Of a DNA stretch of 32,569 nucleotides, positions 1 to 7,645 are shown one piece after another. The position numbers and the translations under genes are program-made. Each line of letters begins with the position of its first letter. Within the stretch, counting starts at the first letter, position 1. The notes beneath the pieces were generated by a model. The model was not told the DNA's origin and searched no databases. It saw only the letters and a program-made list of their open reading frames with translations. This DNA is from Phenylobacterium sp. (GTDB taxonomy: Bacteria > Pseudomonadota > Alphaproteobacteria > Caulobacterales > Caulobacteraceae): contig JAQGIX010000331.1 in NCBI GenBank assembly GCA_028290925.1, forward strand, positions 1 to 32,569. Reading direction: 5' to 3'.

Positions 1-654
1 CTCCAGCGAAACGCGCACCCACCAGCCCACCGCCACCAGGACGATGGAGAGCAGGAACGGCACGCGCCAGCCCCAGGCCAGGAACTCCTTGTCGCTCTGC
101 ACCGCGGCCATGATCGCCAGGATCGCCGCGGCGATCAGGTTGCCGGCCGGCACGCCGACCTGCGGCCAGCCGGCCCACATGCCGCGCCGCTTGGCGTCGC
201 CGTATTCCGCGGCCATCAGCACCGCCCCGCCCCACTCGCCGCCGACCGCGAAGCCCTGGACGAGCCTGAGCAGGGTCAGCGCGATGGGCGCCGCCATGCC
301 GATGCTGGCGTAGGTCGGCAGCAGGCCAATGGCGAAGGTCGAGGCCCCCATCAGCACGAGGCTGACCATCAGGAGGCGCTTCCTGCCGATCCGGTCGCCG
401 AAGTGGCCGAACACGATGCCGCCCAGCGGCCGGGCGACGAAGCCCAGGGCATAGGTGGCGAAGGCCAGCATGGCGCCGGTCAGCGGATCGGATTTCGGGA
501 AGAACAGCTTGTTGAACACCAGCGCCGCGGCGGTGCCGTAGAGGAAGAAGTCGTACCACTCGATGGTGGTGCCGATCAGGCTGCCGAAGATCACCTTGCG
601 CAGGGTGGCGGGCGTGGCGGCGGGCGGCGCGGCGGCCGCGGCGGTGGTGCTCAA
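1..654 (-). CDS. MFS transporter, metabolite:H+ symporter (MHS/ShiA-like) family; runs off the left edge of the window
   Basis: Manual minus-strand translation (not in the ORF track): TTG start at 654 after GGGGAGG, then RKVIFGSLIGTTIEWYDFFLYG...RPLGGIVFGHFGDRIGRK...RLVQGFAVGGEWGGA...WGWRVPFLLS, all MHS-family signatures. Confidence 0.93.
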   Translation of the reverse strand, partial: MSTTAAAAAPPAATPATLRKVIFGSLIGTTIEWYDFFLYGTAAALVFNKLFFPKSDPLTGAMLAFATYALGFVARPLGGIVFGHFGDRIGRKRLLMVSLVLMGASTFAIGLLPTYASIGMAAPIALTLLRLVQGFAVGGEWGGAVLMAAEYGDAKRRGMWAGWPQVGVPAGNLIAAAILAIMAAVQSDKEFLAWGWRVPFLLSIVLVAVGWWVRVSLE

Positions 655-761
655 GTGATCCTCCCCCAGGGCGCTTTGGATCCGGGCTTTCGCCGGCTCC
701 GGCCCAGCATGCCCGCGTTCCGGCAAGCGGCCAAGCCGGGGCTCGGGCCGCCACGCCGAAC

Positions 762-1337
762 TCAGCCCCGGAAGTTGCGGAAGGTGATCGAGTAACGGAG
801 CCGGTCGACGGGCGGGATCGAATGCTCCCACTCGGTCCGCGCCGCGCCGGAGAGCAGATAGGCCGAGCGCGGCTCGAGGATCATCGACTTGCGCTCGAAG
901 CCATCGGGCGTGCGGCGGCGCAGGCGGAAGGTGCAGGGCGCGAGCAGCGAGACGCCCACCACCTCGGCGAACACCGGCCGGTCGCGGTGCCAGCCGATCG
1001 GCGCGCCGGCCTCATACTTGTTGATCAGCACCTGCTGCAGATCTTCGGGCTTGTGGCCCGCGAGGCCCGCGGCGCCTTCGCGCAGCGGCAGGAGCTCCGG
1101 TGGAATGTCGTCAGCCTTGAGCAGATGGCTGCGGCTGAAGTCGTACTGCCAGCCGAAGGAAGCCACCTGTCGCCGGCCCTCGAAGCCGTGGAACTGGAAG
1201 GCCTTGAACGGCAGGGTGTCCAGCCAGGCCACGAGCCCGCGCTCCTGCGTTGGGCTCACGAACTCGGGGCGATAGAGGAAACCTTCCGGCAGGTCCGGCG
1301 GCAGATCGAACAGGCTGGCCTGGGTTGCTTTCGCCAT
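762..1337 (-). CDS. AlkB-like 2OG-Fe(II) dioxygenase
   Basis: VLINKYEAGAPIGWHRD (HxD iron ligands), WEHSIPP (distal His), RYSITFR (RxxxxxR 2OG-binding). Confidence 0.88.
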   Translation of the reverse strand: MAKATQASLFDLPPDLPEGFLYRPEFVSPTQERGLVAWLDTLPFKAFQFHGFEGRRQVASFGWQYDFSRSHLLKADDIPPELLPLREGAAGLAGHKPEDLQQVLINKYEAGAPIGWHRDRPVFAEVVGVSLLAPCTFRLRRRTPDGFERKSMILEPRSAYLLSGAARTEWEHSIPPVDRLRYSITFRNFRG

Positions 1338-1425
1338 GGCCCGATCCTAACGCGGTGGCCGCTTGCCACGATGCGGCCATTGCCGCGTTGATGGCTATGG
1401 CGGCCGTTTCCCGCGGGGACCTTGC

Positions 1426-2217
1426 ATGCAGCTCGAATGCTTCACCACCATCGCCGACCCGCCGAAGCTGGTCCCGGGCCGGCCGGAGCGGAGCTGGATG
1501 GACGCCTTCGCCGGCCGCGCGCCCTACCGCTGTCTGCCGTTGACCATGGCCAACACCACCGGCTGGGAGATGCTCTGCCCGTTCGGCTTCACCGCGGAGT
1601 GGAACGGCGGGACGGCGACCTCCGCGATCCGCATCCTGCCGGACGCCGACTCCGGCGTGAAGGATCCGTCGGGCTTCGTGATGTCCCACTTCGCCTACGG
1701 AACGCTGACCTTCCACACCGGCTACCTGTTCCGCACCGACCCCGGCTGGGCGGTGATGGCGGCCGGCGCGCCGAACCACATCAAGCACGGCATCCAGCCG
1801 CTGACGGGCCTGGTCGAGACCGACTGGCTGCCCTTCCCCTTCACCATGAACTGGCTGTTCACGGCGCCCGGCCGGGTGCGCTTCGAGAAGGACGAGCCGT
1901 TCTGCTTCATCAATGTCGTGGAGCACAACAAGCTGGAGCGGTTCGAGCCGGTGTTGCGCGCCCTGGAGAGCGACCCGGAGCTGAAGGCCCAGTACGAGGT
2001 CTGGTCCTCATCGCGCGCGGAGTTCAACCAGCAGCTCAAGGCCGGCGACCCGGAGGCCCTGAAGCGCTCCTGGCAGAAGTTCTATTTCCGCGGCGAGCGG
2101 GTCGAGGGCGGCAAGGTCGCAAGCCACGTCAACAAGCGCCGGCTGAAGACGCCGGAGCCGCAACTCAGCGCGTCATCCGCCGCTCGTCGGAAGGACGATG
2201 CGGGGGACCCAAGCTGA
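1426..2217 (+). CDS. DUF6065-family protein
   Basis: ERSWMD...YRCLPLTMANTTGW...GLVETDWLPFPFTMNW resembles DUF6065. I prefer ATG 1426 (after GGGGA) over 1363. The last ~15 codons lie in a REP-like element. Confidence 0.75.
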   Translation: MQLECFTTIADPPKLVPGRPERSWMDAFAGRAPYRCLPLTMANTTGWEMLCPFGFTAEWNGGTATSAIRILPDADSGVKDPSGFVMSHFAYGTLTFHTGYLFRTDPGWAVMAAGAPNHIKHGIQPLTGLVETDWLPFPFTMNWLFTAPGRVRFEKDEPFCFINVVEHNKLERFEPVLRALESDPELKAQYEVWSSSRAEFNQQLKAGDPEALKRSWQKFYFRGERVEGGKVASHVNKRRLKTPEPQLSASSAARRKDDAGDPS

Positions 2218-2280
2218 ATCCAAGAACCCAAGCGGCCGCTTGGGTGTCCGCGGATCGCTGGCGCGACCGCGGGATATCAC
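2171..2280. repeat. REP/MITE-like palindromic intergenic element, copy 1
   Basis: CGTCATCC...GGGGGACCCAAGC...GCTTGGGTGTCCGCGGATC...GGGATATCAC, with a perfect 20-bp palindrome ACCCAAGCGGCCGCTTGGGT at 2226-2245. It shares blocks with 29551-29654. Confidence 0.7.
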
Positions 2281-3053
2281 CCTAACCGGCCGACCGCCGC
2301 CACCACCGCGGCGGTCTGCTCGACGATGACCATGTGGCCGGCCTCGGGGATGGAGACCAGCTCGGCGCTCTTGATCCCCTTCTTGAAGGCGTGCGCGTAG
2401 ACCGGCGGGATCAGCCGGTCGCTGTCGCCCCAGACCACGACGGTCTTCGCCTTGATCCGGTAGAGCCGTTGGTGGAGCCCGCGCTCCGGGATGGGGAACA
2501 ATATGCGGCCGGCCATGCCGAGCTGGCGGGCGTTGGCCACCAGGTACTGCTGCAGGAAGCCCGGGTCCTCGACGTCGCGTCCGGCGGTCATCAGCGCCGC
2601 GCCGGCCTTGGCGTCGTGGAACAGCAGCTCCGGCATCTCGTAGGGCAGGGTCGAGAACAGGTCGGGGATCGGGTGCTCGTCGTCCCACAGCCCGGCCGGG
2701 GCGATCAGCGCCAGGCGCGTCACGTCGTTGGGCGCAATCGCCGCCATCTCGGCCGCGATCATCCCGCCCATGGAGTGGCCGACGAGGATCGGGTCCCTGA
2801 GGCCCAGCGCCTCGACCACGTCCCAGGTGTGCAGGGTGAAATCCAGCATGTCGCGGATCTCGGGCGCCTCCTCGGAATCGCCGTAGCCCGGCACCAGCGG
2901 CGCATAGACGTGGTGGCGCGTGGCGAGCGCGTTGAGGAATGGGTCGTCGGCGGTCACTCCGCCCGGACCATGCAGGAAGACGAGGTCGGGGCCGGCGCCG
3001 CCTTCGAAGTAGCGGACCGGGACGTGCGGGGTCTGGACGGTCTTCAGGTCCAT
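2277..3053 (-). CDS. alpha/beta-fold hydrolase
   Basis: LVFLHG oxyanion region, GHSMGG nucleophile elbow, WGDSD acid, EAGH catalytic His. Confidence 0.93.
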   Translation of the reverse strand: MDLKTVQTPHVPVRYFEGGAGPDLVFLHGPGGVTADDPFLNALATRHHVYAPLVPGYGDSEEAPEIRDMLDFTLHTWDVVEALGLRDPILVGHSMGGMIAAEMAAIAPNDVTRLALIAPAGLWDDEHPIPDLFSTLPYEMPELLFHDAKAGAALMTAGRDVEDPGFLQQYLVANARQLGMAGRILFPIPERGLHQRLYRIKAKTVVVWGDSDRLIPPVYAHAFKKGIKSAELVSIPEAGHMVIVEQTAAVVAAVGRLG

Positions 3054-3066
3054 GATCGTCCTCTCC

Positions 3067-4326
3067 CTATTCCGCCGGAATGGGCGCGCGGGTCGGCGCG
3101 ACCGGCAGCGAGCCGGGGGTCACCTGCTTGGCCAGCGGCTTGCACCAGAAGCGGTCGTCGTCGGCGTATTCCGGGAAGATGTTGCGCAGCTTCGGCATCA
3201 CCTTCTCGGCGAACAGCTTGGTGGAATACATGCACTTTTCGGCCGGCATGTTCCCCACGTGCATCAGGCAGAAAACGTTGCCCACGTGCAGGCCCTTGAT
3301 CATCTCCTCCATCCGTTGGCGCACGGTTTCGGGCGAGCCGGCGATCACGTGGCCCTGCTCGGTGAGGTCTTTCCAGGTCAGCTCGGCGAAGCCTTGGGGG
3401 CGGCCATATTGCGACAGCGCCCCGGTCTGGATGGTCTTGATGGTCCGGTAGCCCGGCGCGTCGGCGAAGCCCGGATAGACGTGCAGGCAGCGGTTATAGA
3501 AGTAGTCGATGTGCGGCGCGTAGAGCCGCTCGGCTTCCTCGTCGGTCTCGGCCACGCAGATGGTCTGGGCGAAGCCCGCGCGATAGGGGCTCTTGTCGGG
3601 CGCGCCGCGCTCCTCCACCCGATTCCAATAGCCGCTCATCAGCGCCTGGGCGCGGAGATAGCCGGTGAAGCTGAGGTAGGAGTAGGAATAGGTGTTGTCG
3701 ATGCAGAAGTCGTAGGTCTCGACCGAGCCGCCGCCCGGGATGTGCACCGGCGGATGCGGCTGCTGGATGGGCCTGGGCCAGATGTTGACGTGCCGCAGCT
3801 TGTTGTAGCGGCCGTTGAAGGCGAACGGGTCGCGGGTGGTCCAGGCCTTGATGATCAGCTCATGCGCCTCGGCATACTTTTCCCGCGTCAGCGAGGGGAT
3901 CTGGCCGTAGCAGAAGTTGGTGTCCATCGAGGTGCCGACCGGGAAGCCCGCCACCAAGCGGCCGCCCGAGATGCAGTCCAGCATGGCGAACTCCTCGGCC
4001 ACCCTGACCGGCGGGTTGTAGAGGGCGATGGAGTTGCCCAGCACCACCAGGCCCACGTCCTTGGTGCGGCGGGCGAGGCCGGCGGCGATGAGGTTCGGGC
4101 TCGGCATGATGCCGTAGCCGTTCTGGTGGTGCTCGTTGACCCCGATGCCGTCGAACCCCAGGGACCCGGCGTATTCCAGCAGGTCCATGTAGGTGTTGTA
4201 GACCTCGTGGCTCTTCACCGGGTCGAACAGGCGCTGGTCGATGTCGACCCAGACCGAACGGTTCGTCTCCCGGAAGTCGTCCGGGAGGTAGGGCCACGGC
4301 ATCAGGTTGAACCAGGTGAACTTCAT
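3067..4326 (-). CDS. LLM-class (luciferase-like) flavin-dependent oxidoreductase
   Basis: GFDGIGVNEHH...PSPNLIAA...PVRVAEEFAMLDCISGGRLVAGF...WPRPIQQPHPP. Start placed at ATG 4326 (MKFTWF) with GGAGG upstream. Confidence 0.92.
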   Translation of the reverse strand: MKFTWFNLMPWPYLPDDFRETNRSVWVDIDQRLFDPVKSHEVYNTYMDLLEYAGSLGFDGIGVNEHHQNGYGIMPSPNLIAAGLARRTKDVGLVVLGNSIALYNPPVRVAEEFAMLDCISGGRLVAGFPVGTSMDTNFCYGQIPSLTREKYAEAHELIIKAWTTRDPFAFNGRYNKLRHVNIWPRPIQQPHPPVHIPGGGSVETYDFCIDNTYSYSYLSFTGYLRAQALMSGYWNRVEERGAPDKSPYRAGFAQTICVAETDEEAERLYAPHIDYFYNRCLHVYPGFADAPGYRTIKTIQTGALSQYGRPQGFAELTWKDLTEQGHVIAGSPETVRQRMEEMIKGLHVGNVFCLMHVGNMPAEKCMYSTKLFAEKVMPKLRNIFPEYADDDRFWCKPLAKQVTPGSLPVAPTRAPIPAE

Positions 4327-4409
4327 CTGAGCGTCCTCCACGCCGTCTCTTCGGACGGCTGCCTGAACGACGATAACCCAATGCGGCGCGGCGCCAAGCC
4401 GAGTCCGCC

Positions 4410-4446
4410 ATAGGCCGGCTCTATCCGATTCCATTGAAACATCGAT
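4410..4446. promoter_or_regulatory. OxyR-type LysR operator upstream of dps
   Basis: ATAG-gccggct-CTAT-ccgattc-CATT-gaaacat-CGAT versus the OxyR consensus ATAG-N7-CTAT-N7-ATAG-N7-CTAT. The first half is perfect and the second half is degenerate. Confidence 0.6.
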
Positions 4447-4504
4447 TAGACCCCGAGGTCGCCGGGGGCGGACAACGTCACCTCACCACAACGGAGGACC
4501 GGCC

Positions 4505-4984
4505 ATGGCCGACGACATCGACATCGGATTGGGAACCCAGGCGCGCGAAACCGTGACGGCCGGGCTCTCGAAACTGCTGGCCGACAGCTACGCGGTCTAT
4601 CTGAAGACCCACGGCTACCACTGGAACGTGGAGGGGCCGAATTTCGCCTCCCTGCACACGCTGTTCATGGACCAGTACACCGAGATGTGGACCACCATCG
4701 ACCTGGTCGCCGAGCGCATCCGCGCCTTGAGAAGCTTCGCCCCGCAGGGCTACCGCGCCTTCGCCAACCTCTCGGGCGTGCAGGACGGGAACCCCGAGCA
4801 GTCGTCGGAGGCCATGCTGGCCGAGCTGGTGGGCGACCACGAGGCCCTGGTCGCCAACGCCAGGGCGGCCCGCGTCGCAGCGGACGCGGCTGGCGACGAC
4901 GTCACCGCCAGCCTGCTGGACGACCGCATCGAGGCGCACGAGAAGCACGCCTGGATGCTGCGGGCGAGCCTCGGTCGGCGGTAG
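4505..4984 (+). CDS. dps: Dps-family DNA starvation/stationary-phase protection protein
   Basis: LKTHGYHWNVEGPNFASLHTLFMDQY...DLVAERIRAL...HEKHAWML ferroxidase motifs; GGAGG RBS. Confidence 0.95.
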   Translation: MADDIDIGLGTQARETVTAGLSKLLADSYAVYLKTHGYHWNVEGPNFASLHTLFMDQYTEMWTTIDLVAERIRALRSFAPQGYRAFANLSGVQDGNPEQSSEAMLAELVGDHEALVANARAARVAADAAGDDVTASLLDDRIEAHEKHAWMLRASLGRR

Positions 4985-5049
4985 CGAAAAACCTCGCGTT
5001 TCCGCCACGGCGCCACGCTATCCTCCTGGAGAGTAGGGGGAGGATAGCC

Positions 5050-6780
5050 GTGCGTGACCTGATCATCCGTAACGGGACCATCGTCGATGGCACGGGCGCC
5101 AAGCCCTTCATCGGCGACATCGCCATCGACGGCGATCGCATCGTGCAGGTCGGCGAGGTGGAGGGGCCGGCGCAGCGCGAGATCGACGCCAGCGGCCTGA
5201 TCGTCACCCCCGGCTGGGTCGACATCCACACCCATTACGACGGCCAGGCGACGTGGGACGCGCTGCTGGCGCCCTCCAGCTGGCACGGCGTGACCACCGC
5301 CATCATGGGCAACTGCGGCGTGGGGTTCGCGCCTGTCCGGCCGGACGCCCACCAGTTCCTCATCGAGCTGATGGAAGGGGTGGAGGACATCCCCGGCGCG
5401 GCGCTCGCCGAAGGCATCGACTGGACCTGGGAGAGCTTCCCGCAATACCTCGACGCGCTGGAGGCCAAGCCGCGCGCCATCGACATCGGCGCCCAGGTGC
5501 CGCACGGCGCGGTCCGGGCCTATGTGCTGGGCGATCGCTGCAACACCGACTATCGGCCCGACGCCGGCGAGATCGCCCAGATGGCCGCGCTGGTGCGCGA
5601 GGGCGTGGCGGCCGGCGCGCTCGGCTTCTCCACCTCCCGCACCCTGCTGCACAAGGACAAGCAGGGCGTCCACGTGCCGGGCACCTTCGCCGGCTCCGAC
5701 GAGATGCTGGCCCTGGGCCTGGCCATGAAGGGGCTGCAGCACGGCGTCTTCGAGATGGTCTCAGACCACCTGGGCGACGACGACGAGTGGCAGTGGGTTA
5801 AGGCCTTCGCGCAGCAGACCGGGCTGCCGGTGACCCTGGTGGCGACCTCGGCCGGCGCCTACGAGGGCGACAAGATGTACAACATCGCCGAAGAGGCCCG
5901 CGCCCAGGGCATGGACATCCGGCCGCAGATCGCCGGGCGCCCCACCGGCATCCTGCACGGCCTGACGTCCAGCTTCCACGTGTTCGCAGCCCACCCGACC
6001 TATCGCCGCGAGATCGCTCATCTGGACCTGGAGCAGAAGCTCGAGGCGATGGCCCGGCCCGAGATCCGCGCCGCCCTGCTGGGCGAGGAGAGCGCCATGC
6101 GCTCCGGCGCCATGGCCAAGGGCGCCGAGGAGCTGCTCTATCGCGTCTTCCCGCTGGGCGAACGTCCCGACTACGAACCCGACCGCGAGGCGAGCGTCGC
6201 CGGCCTCGCCGAGGCCGCCGGCGTGTCGCCGCTGGAGATGATGTACGACCTGCTGTTGCGCGACGGCGGGCGCGAGCTGTTCTACCAGCCGCTCGGCGCC
6301 TACGGGTCCTACAACTTCGACTTCTTCCGCAAGAACATGGAGCACCCGAACGTGCTGTTCGGCCTCTCCGACGGCGGGGCGCATTGCGGGGTGATCGCCG
6401 ACGCCGGCATGCCGACCTTCATCCTCACCCACTGGGCGCGCGATCGGACGAAGGGCGAGAAGTTCCGGCTGGAATTCCTGGTCCGCAAGCTGAGCAGCGA
6501 CACCGCCCGCGCCTATGGCCTGCACGACCGCGGCCAGCTCAAGCCCGGCCTGCTGGCCGACCTCAACCTGATCGACTTCACAGCGCTACGGCTGCACCGG
6601 CCCGAGGCGGTGAATGACCTGCCGGCCGGCGGCCGCCGGCTCGTCCAGCGGGCGGAAGGGTATCGCTACACCGTGAAGTCCGGCCAGGTGACCTTCGAGG
6701 ACGGCCAGTCCACCGGCGCCCTGCCCGGGACCCTGGTGCGCGGCGGCCGCGAGGCGGTGATCCTGCAGGCCGCCGAATAG
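5050..6780 (+). CDS. N-acyl-D-amino-acid deacylase-family amidohydrolase
   Basis: GTG at 5050 after GGGGAGG; [45 protein letters not shown]. The ORF-track extension to 4687 overlaps dps and is spurious. Confidence 0.92.
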   Translation: MRDLIIRNGTIVDGTGAKPFIGDIAIDGDRIVQVGEVEGPAQREIDASGLIVTPGWVDIHTHYDGQATWDALLAPSSWHGVTTAIMGNCGVGFAPVRPDAHQFLIELMEGVEDIPGAALAEGIDWTWESFPQYLDALEAKPRAIDIGAQVPHGAVRAYVLGDRCNTDYRPDAGEIAQMAALVREGVAAGALGFSTSRTLLHKDKQGVHVPGTFAGSDEMLALGLAMKGLQHGVFEMVSDHLGDDDEWQWVKAFAQQTGLPVTLVATSAGAYEGDKMYNIAEEARAQGMDIRPQIAGRPTGILHGLTSSFHVFAAHPTYRREIAHLDLEQKLEAMARPEIRAALLGEESAMRSGAMAKGAEELLYRVFPLGERPDYEPDREASVAGLAEAAGVSPLEMMYDLLLRDGGRELFYQPLGAYGSYNFDFFRKNMEHPNVLFGLSDGGAHCGVIADAGMPTFILTHWARDRTKGEKFRLEFLVRKLSSDTARAYGLHDRGQLKPGLLADLNLIDFTALRLHRPEAVNDLPAGGRRLVQRAEGYRYTVKSGQVTFEDGQSTGALPGTLVRGGREAVILQAAE

Positions 6781-6788
6781 GTCGGCGC

Positions 6789-7166
6789 GTGGCGGGGCGA
6801 CCAGGTTTCGTCGGCTGGAGCCTGGATCCGGACGAGCGCGAGGCGCTGCTGAAGCGCTTCGCGCCACGCTATCCAAACGTGGTGGCCGACCACGTCACCC
6901 TGAAGTTCGGCGACCGCGCGGCGGCCCTGCCCACCGAGACCGCGGGGGAGATCGTCGGCGAGGCCGACGACGGGGCCGGCGTCCAGGCCATGGTGGTGCG
7001 GATCGGCGGGACCACGGAGCGGCCGGACGGCTCCACCTATCACATCACCTGGTCGCTGGCGCCCGGGCGGCAGGCCAAGGAGAGCAACGACGTCATCGCT
7101 CGCGTCGGCTGGCGCGATCTGGGCCCCGCGCGGGTGACCCTGCACCCCCGCGCCTATCCGCGCTGA
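6789..7166 (+). CDS. small hypothetical protein with two H-x-T motifs (2H-phosphoesterase-like)
   Basis: GTG start 8 nt after the deacylase stop; ADHVTLKF (H35) and TYHITWSL (H85). Confidence 0.7.
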   Translation: MAGRPGFVGWSLDPDEREALLKRFAPRYPNVVADHVTLKFGDRAAALPTETAGEIVGEADDGAGVQAMVVRIGGTTERPDGSTYHITWSLAPGRQAKESNDVIARVGWRDLGPARVTLHPRAYPR

Positions 7167-7179
7167 GCCCCACGGATTG

Positions 7180-7206
7180 GCAGCACTCTCGCCATAAGAG
7201 TGCTAA
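7180..7206. promoter_or_regulatory. CIRCE (HrcA operator)
   Basis: GCAGCACTC-N9(tcgccataa)-GAGTGCTAA versus the consensus TTAGCACTC-N9-GAGTGCTAA: right arm 9/9, left arm 7/9, exact spacer. Confidence 0.85.
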
Positions 7207-7307
7207 CCAGCTGATTTTAGGGAACAAATCAGCGAATCACGCATACCCTTCATCTGCGCGGCGCCACCGCGGCCCGCGCGTCGGATCAACAGTTCCGAGG
7301 TATGCGA

Positions 7308-7580
7308 ATGTTGGCGTCGCCGGAGTTCCGCAAACAGCTGGAAGGCTACGGCCTGACCACCGCGGAGATCCTCTACCGGATGCCCGACCATCCGAGCCTG
7401 CTGCAGAGCTACATCTGGCAGGACTACGACCTGTTCCCCGAGTTCCCGGTCCTGAAGAAGTTCCTGGATTTCTGGACCTGCACGCTGGAGGGACCGCTGT
7501 TCAAGGTGACGGTCGGCCACTGCAAGCTGATCAAGCCGGCGGAATTGAAGGCGCTCGGGGCCGAGTTCCGGATCCACTAG
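7308..7580 (+). CDS. usg: Usg-family protein
   Basis: QLEGYGLTTAEILYRMPDHPSLLQSYIWQDYDLFPEFPVLKKFLDFW...LEGPL is the alphaproteobacterial Usg pattern. ATG 7308 is better spaced from GAGG than ATG 7302. Confidence 0.88.
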   Translation: MLASPEFRKQLEGYGLTTAEILYRMPDHPSLLQSYIWQDYDLFPEFPVLKKFLDFWTCTLEGPLFKVTVGHCKLIKPAELKALGAEFRIH

Positions 7581-7645
7581 TCACCCAGCCTCGACATCGC
7601 CGCCTTTGGCATGGCGTGATGGCGGTCCCATTGCGAGGTCGCTGA

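Noticed and set aside
1338-1425. SOS (LexA) box upstream of the AlkB-like gene
   Set aside because: No GTTC-N7-GTTC or GAAC-N7-GAAC is present.
4687-5049. Apparent 121-aa N-terminal extension of the deacylase
   Set aside because: It overlaps dps in another frame and is Arg-rich junk. The real start is GTG 5050 with a strong RBS.
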